DNA of 64,000 bases from Monocercomonoides exilis PA203 (lineage: Eukaryota; Protista; Preaxostyla), in contig LSRY02000033.1 in NCBI GenBank assembly GCA_001643675.2, forward strand, positions 496,001 to 560,000, given 5' to 3'. Made by a program: the position numbers and the translations under genes. Below are positions 1 through 12,200 of this stretch, piece after piece; position 1 is the stretch's first letter; the number at the start of each line of letters is the position of its first letter. The notes under the pieces are model-generated. The model had not been told where the DNA came from. It did no database searches and was given only the letters and a program-made list of their open reading frames with translations.

Positions 1-552
1 AAATTGAAAGAAAAATTCACAACGAGGAAAAGAAAGAAGAAGAAAAAAAGATAATGAAAAGAAAAAAAGATCAGTTAAATTAAATTCAAAATATGTCTCT
101 ATTATAAATAAATATATATGAAAGAACTTCAGCCTCATGCACAAGAGCAAAGTCATGCAACGACTAAATGAAAAACAAAGTTTGACTATTTCTCTTTAAA
201 ATGAAGAAGAAGAAGAATTTAATCTCATTCAATCAAAACAGGTTCTTTTCATTTCAATCACGAATAACAATCTGATTCCAAACTAATAAACCAACAAAAA
301 AATTGTGCAAAAATCAAATTGAATCACAGATCTCATTAACATGCTTCATGGTTGTGTAACATTTTCAAATTTCTTCATCCTTTCAAATGCTTTCTCTCTC
401 TTTCTTTCCTTTTTGTTATCGAAAAATCAAACATTTAGGCTTTATCAATAAAAAAAAATCATCAAAGATAATTTCTCGATAAATACCTAACAATTTCGAC
501 TATTTACAATCACATCCATTCATCTCAACCGTCACATCATCACATCATCATT

Positions 553-2611
553 TCATTTCCTTTGCTGCTCTTTTTTTGCCCCCTTGAAATTGAGCACCAT
601 CAAAATAACCAAAAAAATGCTTGCCACAGCAAACGCAGCAGCCAGTGATACAGTCGCTGCGATAAGAGGAGTGTTATTCCCACTCACATTCATTCCACAA
701 ACCTCGTTGAACCAGTGCGAGTCATCTGGCTGATTCAGAAGATCTTTCCACGGAGATATAAAAGTCTGAAAATGGTGAAGAAAAAAAAAATATCCGGTTT
801 TGAGAAAAAGAAAAAGAAAAATGAAAGATAAAAGAAAAGAAGAGAAAGATAAAAAAAGAATGAACTGATGAACTTTGCAAAAACGAGTATTGTTCACACT
901 TCAAAAGGACAGAATTCCTCATTGCTTGGACAATGGTTCGGGACAAATGAAGTCAGATTCAGCCTTTTTGGATCATTGTCAATGTTGAAGTCAGTTCTAA
1001 TTCTGACGAACACATTCGAAGCAGCCGACTTAGAAACAGAGCTATTTTCACGAGGATTATAAATATCTCTTTCTCTTTCTCTTTCTCTGTCTCTCCCTCT
1101 TTCTCTTTCATCTGCAGAGTCGCGATGATGTACCTGTTCTCTTTCATTATTAATGTGAAGCTCGAATGCAGCAATAGCACCATAAGACGGGTTTTGAGCC
1201 ATCTCTAAGCCGAGGCAGCCAATCAGAAAGCGCAGAGAGGAGTCGTGGCAGGCAAAATGAGACAGAAGCATGTGGGAGTCTGGTGGATTTCGTGACTCAG
1301 ACGAAATGACTTCTTTCATTTCCTTTATTAACTTTACAAACAATCAAACATAAAAACATACAATAGGCAAAAAACAAGACAAAAAACCAAAAAATAATAA
1401 AGTTAAAAGAAAATTAAACTCTTTCAAAAGAAATCATAATTAAATGAACCTTAGCCATAAAATATCCAGATGATGCTTCACAATAATTTCTATTACCAAT
1501 TGGTGTGTAGAGGGAGGTTACTAATGATTATGTAAACAAGAGAAAGCAAAACACCATTCATTAGATGATAATGAAAAATACATTTTAACATAATTTCAGA
1601 GAGAGAGAGAAAAAAGCAGAACATAAAAATTTATCGTTGAAATAAATATCGCAAACATCCATTGTAAAGAGATGTAAATTCTCTTAAATCATCTTCAGTC
1701 ATTCCTTTTGGAAGAGGCAAACTTTTATCACAAAATCGCAAACACATGTAATAATAAAAGAATTATAAAAGATAGTAATAAAAAACATCATCAAAAATAC
1801 TTGTGGAATCGTTGATATCTAACAGCATCCACCAATTCTGCTATTTGGTATCCCTCTGCCTTCAATCCAGTTAACTTGAACAATTTTTCTATCGTCTCTT
1901 TGTTTTTTTTCATGAAATTTTCAAGGATGCTGGACTCCTGAATCTTGTAAATTTCATCTAACGCTCTTCGACTATCAAAAATAATTCCAAAACATGAAGG
2001 AATGATGCGCAAAATTAAAAAGATTTGCCAAGCTTCAACCATTTTAATCCGGCAAGCAGAAGATATTCATTATGTTCAAGTACGGAATGTATTGGAATTG
2101 GCTGCAAGCCATCATCAAAAATATATGTTCCATTTTCCTCTTTTGGTCCAGATGAATTTGTAAAAAGTCCATGAGCAAATGAAAGTTGAGAGATTTTCGC
2201 TCTATCCATATATGTTGCATAAAAATAATATTTCTTTGGCGAATATTCAAGAGGCCATTCATTTTGTTTGATATATTCAGTACGCACAAAATCACCTATT
2301 TTTTGAAGCTGCTTCATTCCGATTTCTGTCAATTCACCAAAGTTTGTGAGAGGTTCAACATCCTGAAAAAATAGAAATTGATAAACACAAAAAAATAAAC
2401 ATATGAATAAATAGCAATACTGGCAATTGTATCATAGGAGTTCTATCTCCTATTTTTTCAATGAAAAGAAGATTGGATTTTTTATTGAAGAAACAATAAT
2501 TTGTTAATAAAACATAATTTTCAAGTTAAAACCATGCCGTTCAAGAAGCCAAACAGCAGCAAGTTTAGCATTTGAAGAAGCAATAAAATAAAGAATTAAA
2601 ATTTGGATCAT
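553..2611 (-). CDS. Histidine acid phosphatase (branch 2, lysosomal/prostatic ACP-like); signal peptide and C-terminal TM helix; multi-exon
   Basis: ATG 2611 begins a signal-peptide-like MIQILILYFIASSNA. The catalytic RHGDRTP motif is rebuilt across intron 2532-2450 and micro-exon 2449-2421. Then FGELTEIGMKQLQKIG, ATYMDRAKIS..GLF, HD motif ACHDSS with PSYGAIAAFELH, TM helix LIAATVSLAAAFAVASIFLVILMVL, and stop at 553. Confidence 0.9.
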
Positions 2612-3495
2612 TCTGTTATTTTTAACAAGAAAATGAAAGGAAAAGAGTTTTGCAATTTTACCATAATGAATATATTTTGAAAATCTTTGAAGAGTCAATC
2701 CTTCATAAATCAACATAAAATTTTTTTAAAAATTATTAATTAATAAGCAAACTTCATCTTCGTTAAGAATAGAGAAAATCTGTGATTAAATGATTCATTC
2801 CAAGTGAAATACAACACAAGATATTGGAAAATTATGTTTTTCAGAGCAATGTGAATTTGTTTTGCAATTCTTACTGTGACATAAAGAGCATATAGAATTT
2901 TCCAAACTTTATTGAAATTGTGGAAAAAATTAATTTTGTTTATCGAATTATAAACTCTCAGACAATTTTTAAGAACTCAAACAAGAAAAAAAAAAAAAAA
3001 ACTAAAAGAAAGAAAAAAATCCTCATTCAAACAAATTCATTTAAGAAATGCTAAAAAAGCAAAAAAATTGCTTCATAAAATTGAACCTGAACAATACAGA
3101 ATATACTTTAATTTAATAAAAATTTAAAAATTGATTTACGAATGTTTGAATGTTCATTATAGAGAGATCTCCATCTGCAATATTCTAATAAAATGACGCT
3201 ATATCAGGATAATAAAACCATTGAAATAAGATCTCATTGAAAATAAAAAAGCAATTTTCTTTTCTTAAAAAAAGAAAGCAAAGAAACATAAAACATTCAT
3301 AAGCTTATGAAACAATCAAAGCAAGAAATTGGAATAAACCTCAGACATAATCAAATAGAATAATTATCATTTTACAACAATTTGGAAAGAAAATATTTTA
3401 AAACTCACAAAAAACTAACCCCATTACAATTATAAATAAAAATAAAACAACAAAATTCAGAAAAGAAATTAGAATATGAAAAAGATTCATGCAGA

Positions 3496-5172
3496 TTACA
3501 ATGAAATGATGTAAGACGTGGGTTTTGAAGACTTTGGAGTGTAATAATACGAAGGCTCGCCATCAAACAACTCAGGCTGCGTACCCAAATTCACTGATGG
3601 TATCCTTTTGATCGTGCCGCTGGCTTTCGATGTATCTGGCCGCACAGCCACTCCGCTTTCCCTTCCTCCTTCGCTCCACCCCATCCCACCACCGCCTGTT
3701 TGGTTGACTGCTCTCTCATACAGCAGCGGCTTGCTCATTTCAGGCTCTCCCTCAGAGCCGCGCTCTCCTCCCACATTATGCACTGCCCCAAACATTCCTT
3801 CTTCCCTCGCTTTTCCTTTCCCACCCCCAGACATCCTCCACGGCTCAGAATAGAACCCTTCGTCATCGTCCTTCAAATACGCCGTCTTCTTTTTGCCGGC
3901 GCTCCTTTTCTTATCTTTGCTCTTTGCCCTTGAGCCATTTTTCTCTCTTCCTGTTCGATCTCTCTCTGCATAGCTCACATTTCCCTTTCCTTTTTCAATG
4001 GGATGAGTCTGTCCGCTCATCTGCTTCTTCTCTTTCTTGGCGGATGTGGTGTGAACAGAAAGCATGAAGTATATCATCAGAAGAAGGACAGAAGGAACTA
4101 TTTCAAATATTACATAGAAAACGAGGTAGAAAGAGTTGAATTCCCACCTACACATTAGAAAAAAGATAAAGATTGAATGCAATGTGATGAATAAAATTAA
4201 AAAAAAAATTCTTGTTTCCAGATTATAAAAGTGTTAATAAAAAATAGATATTTCATCATCTTTTCCAAAAAAATTTCAACTTCAACAACTGAAAGAAAAG
4301 TTATCACAAAGTTCATACACTGGCTTTCTTCCAGCTATAACAGCTTCTGAAAGATCTCCCATTTTTGTTTGAATAATATTAACATCAAGAACGTAGCAAA
4401 GCACATAGACTAGCCGAGCAAAAAAGATCGAGCACATTATAAATATCAATATCATTAAGGCTTTAATTCTGGATTGGAAAGGCATTAGTTGTCGAAGTCG
4501 AATGTAGATCTGAAGAAGCCTCACCCAATAAATAAGTATTGATATTACAATCGTTATGTAATTCACAATATCCACATATGCCATGATCTTGTCCTTTGTG
4601 TATGAGCTAGTATTTGAATTAAATACATTCAACTGATTGAAAAATATTCATGAAAAAGAAATATTCAGATTAAACAAACCGCAGTTAAAATACTTGTTGC
4701 AATGGATCCGCCAATAAGAAGCACAAAAATAACGATGAAAAGAATTGCAATCCAAGTTCTTGAAGATCGATTTTTTGTGAATGTTGAAAGAACGGCACTT
4801 CCAAGCCAAATTGCAAGGAATTGCCAACTGAGAAATATAAAATAGCGAGGCACTTGATCGCAAACAAGAAGATAACTGAAACGTTCGAAGGGAAATGGAA
4901 CAAGAAGACATAATGTTCTTATCAATAAAAATATGGAAATAAGTCCAAGAAATGATTTTTTAATTCTGCTTTTCCCCCATTTGCTTTTCTTTATAACCTG
5001 AAGAGTTTCTTGAACAGACACTAAAAGGCACCCGAGATAACAAACAACTAAAATAATCAGAGGGAATCCATGCTCTCCATAAATTACTATAATTTTGATT
5101 AGAATAATAACAACATTAAATAAATTATAAACCTGGACAATTAATTGAAAGATCTTCTTGATTAAAGTCCAT
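3496..5172 (-). CDS. Multi-pass (about 7 TM) membrane protein, TOM1/THH1-like, with a charged cytoplasmic tail; multi-exon
   Basis: ATG 5172 (MDFNQEDLSINCP) splices in frame to VIYGEHGFPLIILVVCYLGCLLV. Hydrophobic ORF segments 4665-5021, 4282-4632 and 3496-4182 are separated by short AT-rich introns. Last TM YVIFEIVPSVLLL resembles TOM1/THH1 (E-x-x-P). Confidence 0.65.
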
Positions 5173-6027
5173 GAAATGGAGATTCTTTATTTTCTAAAAG
5201 ATCAACCCAATATATATTTAATCGAATAATGAAAATTTTCTGAACCGGAAATACTTTTTGATAGCCGTTCTTTCTTATTGAAAATTACATAAAAAATATA
5301 TAAGGGACAACGCGCGTGAAATTATACTGATTGAGAAATTTGTTTCAGCAAATTTATCTTTTCTTTCATAAATGATAAGAACATAACTCACTTTTTCTCA
5401 TCTGACCGAAAAATATTTTAAAATCCAAAAACTGACTATGCACATAAAATTGTTAAAACAAAATTCAAGTTATTATCGAAATCAAAAACAATGTTTTTTT
5501 TCCGTGAAATTTCATTTTGAGCAAAATATTTTGATTTTTGAATATTGTTCAAATGGGACGAAATCTTTTGCTTTTTAAATTTTGTTCCACACAGTTCTTC
5601 AGAATATTTTTCTCGACTTTTTTATATTTCTATATTTAATATTGCACTGGAATGTCAGAATTATAATTATACGATAGCAGAAATAGTTTGGAACAAATCA
5701 TTGATTTTTTCATAAATGCAAGAATACTGTCCCAAATAAACATTATTATATCTTTTTCGTTTCTCAATACTAAACCAATATATATTTTGAGTAGTGATAT
5801 TTGACTCATAAAGATATGATATCAGGATAAGTTTAGCCAAATCTCGTATTTTCTTCTTCAAAGTTCAAAAATCCACACGATTTAATATTCTTTCCCAACA
5901 TATTTAATTCGTTTATCACAAGAGTTTATCCACGTTTTCAAACATTTCACAACTTTTTTGCATCATATTTGTATTGTTCGAAATCAACACAAACATTCTC
6001 TAAATTGGATTATCCCATTTTATTATA

Positions 6028-7479
6028 ATGGATTTCACTTGCATAAAAGCTTTTCGTTGTACTATTTGTGGAAATGAAGTTCCACAAGCAGAAGCTGATG
6101 AAACTTATGTGTGCCCTTACGACGGAGGAAACTACGATGTAATTTACGATTATGACAAGCTTCGCGAAGCGATTAAAAAAGATGGATTTGGAAAAGAAAA
6201 AGATGGAATGTGGAGATACCTTCCCCTTCTTCCAATCCAAAAAGGAGCGAGGCTTCCGCCAATTGTTGCAGGAGGAACTCCCCTTCATCACATACCACAG
6301 ACTGCAACTGAAAAATTGCTTGGAGAGTCTGGATCAAAAATTGACTTTTATCTGAAAGACGAGGGAAGAAACCCTACAGGATCATTGAAAGACAGAGCAA
6401 GTTCTCTTGTTGCCGCAAAGGCCTTGCATGATAAAAAACCGCTTGTTGCAACAGCATCTACTGGAAATGCTGCAGCTGCATTATCTGGGATTTGCGCTTC
6501 ATTGGGCTTACCGTGCATTATATTTGTACCTGCTGCTGCACCTCCAGCAAAGATTGCACAGCTGAGGAGTTTTGGAGCATATGTATTTCTTGTGGACGGT
6601 GTGTACGACGATGCTTTTGAGCTTTGCCAAGAATGTACTAAAAAATTCGGATGGTACTGCCGTAGCACTGGATATAATGCCTACACATCAGAAGGAAAGA
6701 AAACAGTTTCATTTGAGATATGTGAGCAATTAGCAGGCTATGTTTTAAGAGGGACTTCACCCGAGCATCCACTTGCAATGGGAATGTGTGCTGAAGCTGC
6801 AAGGTGCGTTGATATGGGCATTGTCGAGCTTGGAGGAGGAGCATTTTCAGCTCCAAATTGGATTGCCGTATCCATTGGCGATGGAAATATTATTAGCGGC
6901 ACATGGGCAGGAATTAATGATCTGTATTCACTTGGGTTGATCAATCGCAAGCCCAAGCTTTTGGGTGTTCAAGCAGAAGGCAGCGATTATGTGTATCGAG
7001 CATTGAAAACAGCCAAGACACCAACAGAATGGGACAAATTGCCTGCTATTGATAGTACGACAGTCGCTGATAGCATTGAAGCCAACTTGCCGCGTGATCG
7101 TGTCAGAGCATGCAGAGCAATCATGGACAGTGGAGGGATTTGCCTGACAGTTACTGACGAAGAGATTCTCAAAGAAATTCCGACGACTGGACGTGAAACA
7201 GGTGTGTTTGTTGAGCCTGCATCTGCCTGCACGATTGCAGGGATTAAGAAAGCGCTGAGGCAGAAGCTTATTCCATTGTCAGATTCTCCGATATCGATGG
7301 TGGCCATTATGACAGGCACAGGACTGAAAGATATTGCAGCTGCGCAGAGAGCTGTGACAGCTTCGAAAGATGAAGCATCCTCATCTGCAGAAGGGCTGAA
7401 GATGGAAAGAGGAACAGCGATTAAGATTCCTATTAGTGTTAAGGCTGTTGAAGACGCTGTGAAAGGACTTCCATTTTAG
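6028..7479 (+). CDS. thrC: Threonine synthase (PLP fold type II), prokaryote-type, intronless
   Basis: N-terminal CxxC...CP ribbon, GMWRYLPLLP, PLP-lysine motif KDEGRNPTGSLKDR, ASTGNAA, EGKKT, VSIGDG, VEPASA, TGTGLKD. Confidence 0.88.
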   Translation: MDFTCIKAFRCTICGNEVPQAEADETYVCPYDGGNYDVIYDYDKLREAIKKDGFGKEKDGMWRYLPLLPIQKGARLPPIVAGGTPLHHIPQTATEKLLGESGSKIDFYLKDEGRNPTGSLKDRASSLVAAKALHDKKPLVATASTGNAAAALSGICASLGLPCIIFVPAAAPPAKIAQLRSFGAYVFLVDGVYDDAFELCQECTKKFGWYCRSTGYNAYTSEGKKTVSFEICEQLAGYVLRGTSPEHPLAMGMCAEAARCVDMGIVELGGGAFSAPNWIAVSIGDGNIISGTWAGINDLYSLGLINRKPKLLGVQAEGSDYVYRALKTAKTPTEWDKLPAIDSTTVADSIEANLPRDRVRACRAIMDSGGICLTVTDEEILKEIPTTGRETGVFVEPASACTIAGIKKALRQKLIPLSDSPISMVAIMTGTGLKDIAAAQRAVTASKDEASSSAEGLKMERGTAIKIPISVKAVEDAVKGLPF

Positions 7480-7636
7480 TTTTTCAGATAAAAATATTTA
7501 AATTTTTAAATCGATATTTTTTTTTTTTTTGTTCTCTAAGATTTGTAAGTTTTATTTATCACTTCACTTAATTACAAAGCGGAGAATTTTATTTTCTGTT
7601 AAAAGAACTCATTTTTCCATACCCAACATTTGTCAA

Positions 7637-8916
7637 ATGTCTGAACAAAAATCATTTGAATACGAGCCAACACTACAAAATATAATTGATCAAACTTCAT
7701 TAAAATGGATATTTGTTGGAGGTAAAGGAGGTGTTGGGAAAACGACTTGCGCATGTGCGTTGTCCATTCTTCTTTCAAAGTTTAGAAAAAGTGTTTTATT
7801 GGTTTCAACGGATCCCGCGCATAGCACTTCAGATGCTTTTTGCCAACGCTTTTCCAGCACACCCTCACCTGTAACAGGATATCCAAACTTATTTGTCATG
7901 GTTTAAATAAATTATTATTTTCAATTTTTAATAAAAAATATCTTTTTCACTTACCCAATTTAGGAAGTTGGATACGGAAATTCAAAAGACAATGCACTTG
8001 GTTCATCGAATTCTGGCTCTTTGGGGGATTCGCTTTTATCTTCGATTCCAGGAATTGATGAAGCAATGGGATTTGCTGTGTTGCTGCGTGGTGTTAAGAA
8101 AATGGAATATGACACAGTGGTGTTTGATACAGCACCAACAGGCCACACATTAAAATTATTATCATTTCCTCAAATTATTTCATCTTTTCTCGGAAAATTC
8201 GGATCTCTTGGAAGCATTCTCACTCAGGTGCAAAAAATGCTCTTTTCTTCTGAAAGTGATAAAGATGATTCTCCCGAAGTTAACGATAACGCATTGAAAC
8301 TGTTGAAAGAAGCTTCTGAAGACGTCTTAATGACAATGAAAGATCCTGTATGCTTATTGCTTCAATTTATTGAATATTATTTTTTTAAATTCAAAATATT
8401 TGCATATACACATTCATATTTAATAGGAAAGCACAACATTCATCTGCGTAACTCTTGCGGAATTCCTTCCTTTGTATGAAACAGAACGTTTAATTCAAGT
8501 TTGTCATTTTCTTATTTTCAATCTTTTTTCATTTATGGAATATTTGCCAAAAACAAAAAATAATTATGAAGGATTTGGCAGAGGCAGAGATAGATTGTCA
8601 TAACATAATAATTAACCAGCTTATAAATCCACCAACAATTTCTGATGAATCTGGCACGTCATCATCTTCTTCAACACCATCACATTCATCTTTTCAATGC
8701 CCTCACTGCGCTTCAAGGCGTGCAATGCAAGAAGTTTACCTTTCAAAAGCTGAATCTCTATACCCAGATATGCATCTCATTCGTCTTCCTCAGCTCACAT
8801 CTGAAATACGAACTTCAAAACCTTTGGAGGATTTCAGTTGGAGGCTAATTGGGAAACATCAAGAAGATGGCAAAAAACAAGATTCAACAAAAATACCAGA
8901 TGAAAAGAAGAAATGA
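7637..8916 (+). CDS. GET3: GET3/TRC40/ASNA1 tail-anchored protein targeting ATPase; exons 7637-7900, 7964-8347, 8427-8498, 8572-8916
   Basis: P-loop [10 protein letters not shown], switch [15 protein letters not shown], switch [32 protein letters not shown] rebuilt across GT-AG introns, and Zn-binding CPHC. Confidence 0.95.
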
Positions 8917-9239
8917 GATTCTTTCAAAAAACGATTCATATTAAAAGATTAATACTGAGGATACCAAACAAAAAATTTTAACACAAAACCAATTCATTTC
9001 ATTCAGTTTTTTTAACTGCTTTCTTTTTCATATTTTCTCATCAATAATTATTTAAGTTTTCACTTTCAATCACGTTTTGATTCAGATATTATTTTTCAGA
9101 AAATTAAGAACACTTCTTCAATGAACAAAATCACTTTCGTTTTTCTAATTAAAAAATTTGGAACAAGACTCTGCATTCAGTGATATTTTTTGTTATCAAA
9201 TTTACATTTTCAAAAATTCCAAAATGGATAAGATCAAAA

Positions 9240-12200
9240 ATGGATGATTTAATTGAAGCTTTTGAAGAGCTTATACGTCTCAAAAGTGGAAATTTCAATA
9301 AAACTTTAAATTTTGTGTATGAAGATGCTGATTCAAAGTCAAAACTGCAGGATGCTGAGTGTAATTTTCAAATTGAGAAAGTTTTGAAATTTATGGACAA
9401 ATACTCTGATACATTACAAACCTTACAAAATGCTAACTTAAATGCCTCATTATCTGAAGATTGCAAGAAAGTGTTGCAACAAAAAATGCCAGAATCATTC
9501 AATTTACAGCGGAATACAAATTTTCTTGAAAATTGTGCTATTTCTTCAAATACGAATTGTTACTCTCTTTTTACAAATTTAGTGAATCTTCTCACTCGTG
9601 TTTTATCGCTTCATTTGAATTACAAAAGCAAATGTGAAATGAATCTATTGTCAAAAACCTTTCAATATTTGATTTCTTTATCGTTGGAGAAATTCAAGGA
9701 TTTTGAGCAAGTAGCTCACTTAAATCAATTTTTTGCAATCACAAACAACATATTACAATGCATGAAGCTGCACCAAAATGAAATACATTTTCAGACGTTT
9801 TCGTTGCACTTACTTAATTCTTTTTTACCTTATGTGACTCAAGCACTTGATGGGCAGCAACAAGAAGATTCACCAGAGAACATTGAAGGAAACAAGATCT
9901 TTTGTGAGATTGCAGATGAGATTTTGAATTTCATAACAAAGCCTTCTGCGCAATGGACAACTTTTGAAGGGAAAATTTATTTATTTCATATGTGTAAATT
10001 TTTGAATCTTGCCCCAAGAATTTTACTTGAATCAAGTACTATTATCGACGCATTAGTTAAAAGACTATTCATTATAAGTCAGCGAAATTACGATAATGAA
10101 CGGAAGAATACGAATGCTTCTAAACCACTTGAAATAGGACAGTCGCAACAAATTCATTCGAGCGACTGCACTCCTCAGCAACTTGTCAATATATTTCTTG
10201 CTCCAAAATTTTTAAATGATTCTCTGCAAATAGATGTTGGAAAGTGCATTTTCCGTTGCTTTTCTTTGATGCCTTGCAGCTTATGCAACCAAATTTTTTA
10301 TAACGCAGAATCAAAAATGACGGAGCAAACTTCTTCATCTTGCCCCAAAAAATCATTAACAGTTAACAAAATGCAGCATTGTGAAGCAGTGCAACCACCA
10401 CAAGCATTGCTTCAGTTAAGTGATGACGAATTTAAAGAAAGCACTGTTGATTTGAGGGTAATAAGAGCTTTTTCGATGCATTCGATTCTTCTTTTGTTTC
10501 ACACACTCAGAACTCTTAAAGAACAAAAAATAGAGCTTGCATCAGAGCGAGTTATGCAAGGAGACAACTCTTCAGGTGCCTCATCGGTTGAAGCTTCTTC
10601 GATGGCAAACTGTTCATCTTCATCGAATGCAGATTTGGCAAACCTGATTGTTGCTCTTCGTCGGATGCTTCATCTCAGCCGCGGAAACAGACAGAAAACC
10701 ACATGCTTGCTCCAACTTTGCTTGACGCTTGTCGATGCTGCAGTTGGGACTCTGAACATGTGGAGAGCATCTTACATTTCGTGTGAAGAGGATAAAAAGA
10801 GGAAAGAAGAAGAAAAAGAAGAAGAGGCATCTGGAAGCTCGAAGGCTACAGAGATAAAAACACAACAAGAAGATGGTCACGAAAAAAACAGTGAGAATGA
10901 TGAGAAGTTTGTTCAAACAGGCAAAATTACAGACTTGGATTCGCCACACCTGCCTCTATTAGACAATAAAGTGGCTACTTTTACCAGAAACGCCTTTTCT
11001 CCAACACTTGCGAAATTTGCGCAAGAAGTTGCATTTTCTGTGGAACATGCTGTTTTTGATGCTTCTGATTATCCAACTTCACAATCATCTTTTGCTTCAT
11101 CAGCATCGTTATCCTCCCCTTCCGCCTTTCGTTCCGACTGCGGCACAACAAGTTCTCCATCTGATTTGCTTTTCATTTCATCTTCTGCTTCAAGTGTTCT
11201 TTATTCAACAAAGCCACATGAAATTTCAGCTGAAGCGATTGTTTCACTTTCAACATTTCTTCAATCTCTCATGGGCATATTTTTCGAGATGCGTGCTTCT
11301 CCTTCGTTGATTGACACTCGCGTGTCTTATGCGATATTCGCACTGTGCTCCGCGGTCATCAGAACAGCTGCTCCGATAGTTCTCCGTTTTGATCACCCTC
11401 AGATTTCTAATGGTGATTCAAAAGTTTTGATTTCACAATCGAATTTGGAAAGGTTGAACAAAAATTTGACTGATAAAAATGCAAATTCAGATGAAAAATG
11501 CTCCGATGAAGAGAAAATGAATGAAAAGCAAGGGAACACAAAAACAGTTACAGAATGCTCATCATTTCAAGCTGACTTCCAACGAGTTTCTGGAGCATTT
11601 TTTAATCTGCTGTCAGAGTCTAAAGTTTTGATCCGTTCCATTTTATCTAATGTTCCCAAGAAATCTTTTGCAGATGTTTTGCTTCCTTCTCTTTTTGATG
11701 GGACAAAATGCTTTTCCATTGGCAAAAAGATTTTGAATATGCCAAATGTTTTTTCAATTCCAGAAAGTCGTCAGCCTTCAGCCTTTTCAACAAAATATGC
11801 TTCATCTTCGACTGACAACTCTGATTCAACAAAATCTTTCATTTCTTTTGAGTCATTGAAAAGTGCTTCTGCCACAAATCCATTGATGTTTCCTATGTTT
11901 TTCCACGAGTCCTGCCTTTCCCTGCGCGATCGCTATATTTATCGCAACTCTCTATGTGATGTTTTTTCTTTTGTTCGAAGCTTTTTATCTCTCACAATTC
12001 CGCAATCGCATCAATCAGCACACTCATTTTCTTCAACAATTGCAAATACAAAGCTTTCTATTCCAAACTCAACAAGCGAAGATTTATTATCCACACCTCC
12101 TTCTAATTCATCCCTTTCTCAAATCTCTTCCTCCAGTTCTACTCCTGGCTCTGCTTCTTCTCTTTCATCTTTTTCATCATCTTCTACTTCGACTTCACTT

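Noticed and set aside
7637-8916. Bacterial arsenite-pump ArsA or an operon with thrC
   Set aside because: Single ATPase domain with spliceosomal introns and GET3-specific motifs; adjacency to thrC has no functional support.
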